A stretch of DNA of 64,000 nt, taken from Vitrella brassicaformis CCMP3155 (Eukaryota; Protista; Chromerida). Of the stretch, positions 60,837-64,000 are shown in pieces. The stretch's first letter is position 1. The number at the start of each line of letters is the position of its first letter. Both the position numbers and the translations under genes were made by a program. The stretch is from positions 434,001 to 498,000 of the forward strand of contig CDMY01000275.1 of NCBI GenBank assembly GCA_001179505.1, read 5' to 3'. The notes under the pieces were generated by a model, which saw nothing but the letters and a program-made list of their open reading frames with translations, did not search any database and had not been told where the DNA came from.

Positions 60837-62804
60837 TCACGCGTACGTTTTGAGCAGCCACAGGTATGTGATGACGCACAGTGCGATGATGGTCCCCGCT
60901 ACCGCACCCACCACCTGCAACGTCTTGTCGCTCGTCGCCTGCGTCACTGCACACACACACAACACAACACAACACACCACGACATAACGACACAGACCGT
61001 ATGAACATGTCTGTGTCTCTGATATCCCTCAACCCATTCATTCGTACGCACCGACGTCCCAGTTTTTCTGGACGACCATGCCGGCGTACGCCACTGAGTA
61101 GTTCCGGTAGGACCTCGCCACAACGTTGAACATGTACCTGCAGGAAGAAGGTCAGACGCCCAATGCGACACCGAAAGAATCTCACTAGTTACTTCTTCCG
61201 TGGGCTGATGCCCTCGACGGTGGCGTTGCAAAAACCTGAATTGAGCGAGACATGAATGGATGGATGGATGGATGGGTGCCACACAAACGATTATGCTGTG
61301 AAGTGCGTTGCCTTACTTACCGCCTGCGCACGCTGAGCCGGGGACGGTTGTGTACGGCCTGAAGGTGTTGAGCTCCAAGCCACACACAGTGTTGTAGATG
61401 CGATCTGACACCACACCCCGCAGCACAGACAGCACAGCACAGCACACATAGATGCGTGTCATGTGCACACACACACAGGGGGGCTCACTCACCAGCTTTG
61501 AGGAATACAGCAGGGACGGTCCTGTTGTCGGTGTCGAGCAGCAGAGCTGAATACACACTGTAGTCCTCCGTCTCGCTGATACCTGCAGTGCAGGCACACC
61601 ACACAGCACGGCACAGCACAGCCACACGCGACGCGTGGCATTCGCTGTATGTTGCCATTTATCATATATGTGGGGGGGGCGGGGCGCACATACCGACGGG
61701 CACATAGCTGGCAGGGGTCCACTGCAGCTCCACACTCAGCTCTGCAGACAGCCAAAGACAAGTGGGGACGGGGTTGGTCTCCTTCCTTTACGCACCTGAG
61801 AGTTGTTTGATGTTCAGTCTCCCCTGCACTCCCGGCCTCGGGAATGCACCTGCACCCACCCATCCATCCATCCATCCATCCATTGGGAGTGGAAGAGCTT
61901 GGGCATCCGTGCGCATTTTCCACCCAGCCATCCACCCACCTATGTCGGCGAGGACTGTGAATGTGTAGCTGGCCATCGTCCTCGCATACACGGCAAAATA
62001 GTACTACACACATTCGGAAGGGACGCCAACTGAGAAAGGCCTGAACGTGCAGTCTGCTGCCTGGCTACCAACCTCTGTGGACACGAGTGGCACCTCAAAG
62101 AACGACGGAGCTCCATCTCGCGACCCATCCGTCACGCTCTTGAAATGAGTCCTGACACACACACACACAACGCCACACAAAAGTCTGTGCATGTGGCATC
62201 TGTTCCTTCGCCCGGCCCTCCCTCCCTCCACCCACGCACCCACCCGCCCACCCACCCACCCACCAGGTGCCCGAGTAAGGGTCAGGGTAGCATTGTCTTG
62301 TCTTTCTGACGTACAGGTAGACGACCCCCCTGCAGGGCTCGAGGTGTATGATGAGTTTCCTATAGGCGTCGGGCTGGTTGATGGTGGTGACATTGACGTT
62401 TCTGTAGAAGTAGAGGTGGCTGTGGTTGGCCACGATGTCGCGCCTGATGACCTCACCCTCGCTGATCACCGTTATGTTGCTCACCGTGTCGTAGAACTCG
62501 TGTGGACATCTGAACCCATCCATCCATCCATCCAAGTGGTAGCCATTGCAAATGACGTTTGTTTGCTGTCTGGCGCTTACGCAGTGGACTTGCCGACGGC
62601 AGGTGCGTCCGGGTTGAGGATTTGAGCGTCCGCCGGCGCCAAGATGCACACGAAGACCAGAGTCCATAACAGCGCAGCGGCCGCTGCCGCTGCCCCAGAT
62701 CTCACTTCAGATGTCGTTGTCGTGAAGGATGCCTGCAATATTCGCGCAGGTACTCGTTTGCTGAGCCTTTCCATCCGTCGGCGCAGGAATTTACGTCGGT
62801 GCAT
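60837..62804 (-). CDS. Single-pass type I membrane glycoprotein with a beta-rich ectodomain and a 4-residue tail; about 10 exons
   Basis: Hydrophobic leader (LLWTLVFVCILAPADA). Exons HSHLYFYRNVNV..KLIIHLEPCRGVVYLYVRKTRQCYPDPYS, YYFAVYAR, LSVELQW, RYMFNVVARS. TM LQVVGAVAGTIIALCVITYLWLL followed by KTYA*. At least six N-X-S/T sequons. Confidence 0.7.
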
Positions 62805-63204
62805 AGGAGGTGGATGTGACGCATTCTCACTAACCTTTGGAACATCATCGATAAAAGACATGCTATCTATCAGCATCGATGGATCCGCTCGCTATGTGCC
62901 AAGCAGGAGATAGATACTAATTGGAAGCGGCACGGCACAGAGGCGTGGGCAAACCCACGGAAAAGAAACACACACACATACACACACACACACACACTCA
63001 CAAGCAGCTAGCTGTCCACTGACCTGACTGACGTCCACACACGGCACAGACGCACGCACGCATAGGGACAGACACAGAGAGAGAGAGGGTGGGGTGAGTG
63101 GAATGTGTACGTGTGTGTGTTCGTGTAAGCAAGTGCCACACATCACACCACCAGGAGGAAACAAGTGCAAAACTGGTTTTCCAGCTCCATAACCGTTTTC
63201 CGCC

Positions 63205-63269
63205 CGGAAAACCAGACACCCCCAACGGAAAACCAGACACGCTGTACAGAAAACCAGCAGTGCTGTACA
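63205..63269 (+). repeat. 21-bp tandem repeat running into the gap, with inverted copies of its core upstream
   Basis: Units start at 63205, 63226 and 63247 (C[G/A]GAAAACCAG..). CTGGTTTTCC and CCGTTTTCCG lie at about 63174-63202. Confidence 0.7.
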
Positions 63270-63569
63270 NNNNNNNNNNNNNNNNNNNNNNNNNNNNNNN
63301 NNNNNNNNNNNNNNNNNNNNNNNNNNNNNNNNNNNNNNNNNNNNNNNNNNNNNNNNNNNNNNNNNNNNNNNNNNNNNNNNNNNNNNNNNNNNNNNNNNNN
63401 NNNNNNNNNNNNNNNNNNNNNNNNNNNNNNNNNNNNNNNNNNNNNNNNNNNNNNNNNNNNNNNNNNNNNNNNNNNNNNNNNNNNNNNNNNNNNNNNNNNN
63501 NNNNNNNNNNNNNNNNNNNNNNNNNNNNNNNNNNNNNNNNNNNNNNNNNNNNNNNNNNNNNNNNNNNNN
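63270..63569. other. Assembly gap (300 N)
   Basis: Run of N. Confidence 0.99.
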
Positions 63570-63635
63570 ACCACATACATAACGGGCCGGCTGGGTGGGT
63601 GGGTGGGTGGTTGCCTGCGCACAGGTTATTTTAAG

Positions 63636-63843
63636 CAACCCTCGGCCTGCCTGAGGACGCGTCGAAGGCGGAAATCACCAGAAAGTATCGCCAGCTCTCG
63701 AAGGTAGGCACTATCTCTGACGAAGAGGCTCATGCCATCCGTCTGCTGTGTGCATGATGCAGGTGAACCATCCCGATAAAGAGGGTGACCCTGAAGTGCA
63801 AAAGCGCTTCGACATCGCGTACGGGGCGCTCACCAAGACCAAG
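63636..63843 (+). CDS. Internal exons of an intact J-domain (DnaJ-type) gene; partial
   Basis: TLGLPEDASKAEITRKYRQLSK|VNHPDKEGDPEVQKRFDIAY. HPD intact; intron 63704-63762. Confidence 0.85.
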
Positions 63844-64000
63844 GTGCGTGCTGATGTGGGCGTGCACTGCAACTGCCGGCCGGTCGCCATGCATCCTCCT
63901 TGTTTTCCCCTTCTCTCCATTGTTGCATGCAGGCGGTGAACGAGTTTGAGTTTGAGGAGGGGGATGAGCTGGTGAGCTGAAGGCACCTGCACCCACCCCT

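Noticed and set aside
63205-63269. 21-bp repeats as a CRISPR array
   Set aside because: Units are contiguous with no unique spacers, there are no cas genes, and the context is eukaryotic.

Overview
Gene-dense, GC-rich eukaryotic DNA with many short GT-AG introns full of microsatellites ((CA)n, (CAGA)n, (GGAT)n, (GTGTT)n). The gene set (plastid-type Obg, NTT nucleotide transporter, CRT-like transporter, HIS7, DZIP1) and the intron style suggest a free-living photosynthetic alveolate, most likely the chromerid Vitrella; this is inference, not a database result. I reconstructed about 24 spliced loci by hand, mostly alternating in strand as head-to-head pairs. Most long ORFs in the six-frame track are antisense or intron read-through artefacts. 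No rRNA, tRNA, CRISPR array or intact transposon was found, and there are two 300-N gaps. Best leads: (1) an NTT ATP/ADP-translocase homologue with Glu at the conserved GKSGG lysine; (2) a globular-domain-less H1-like basic protein near an HMG-box gene; (3) two exact 12-mers, CCGTGAAACCGC and GCGAGCTAAGCT, recurring just upstream of genes; (4) a J-domain pseudogene broken inside HPD that shares an intron position with an intact J-domain gene; (5) a 96-nt hairpin with a duplicated arm downstream of a CENP-B/pogo-type DNA-binding gene; (6) introns whose ends are complementary. Coordinates for spliced genes are outer spans.
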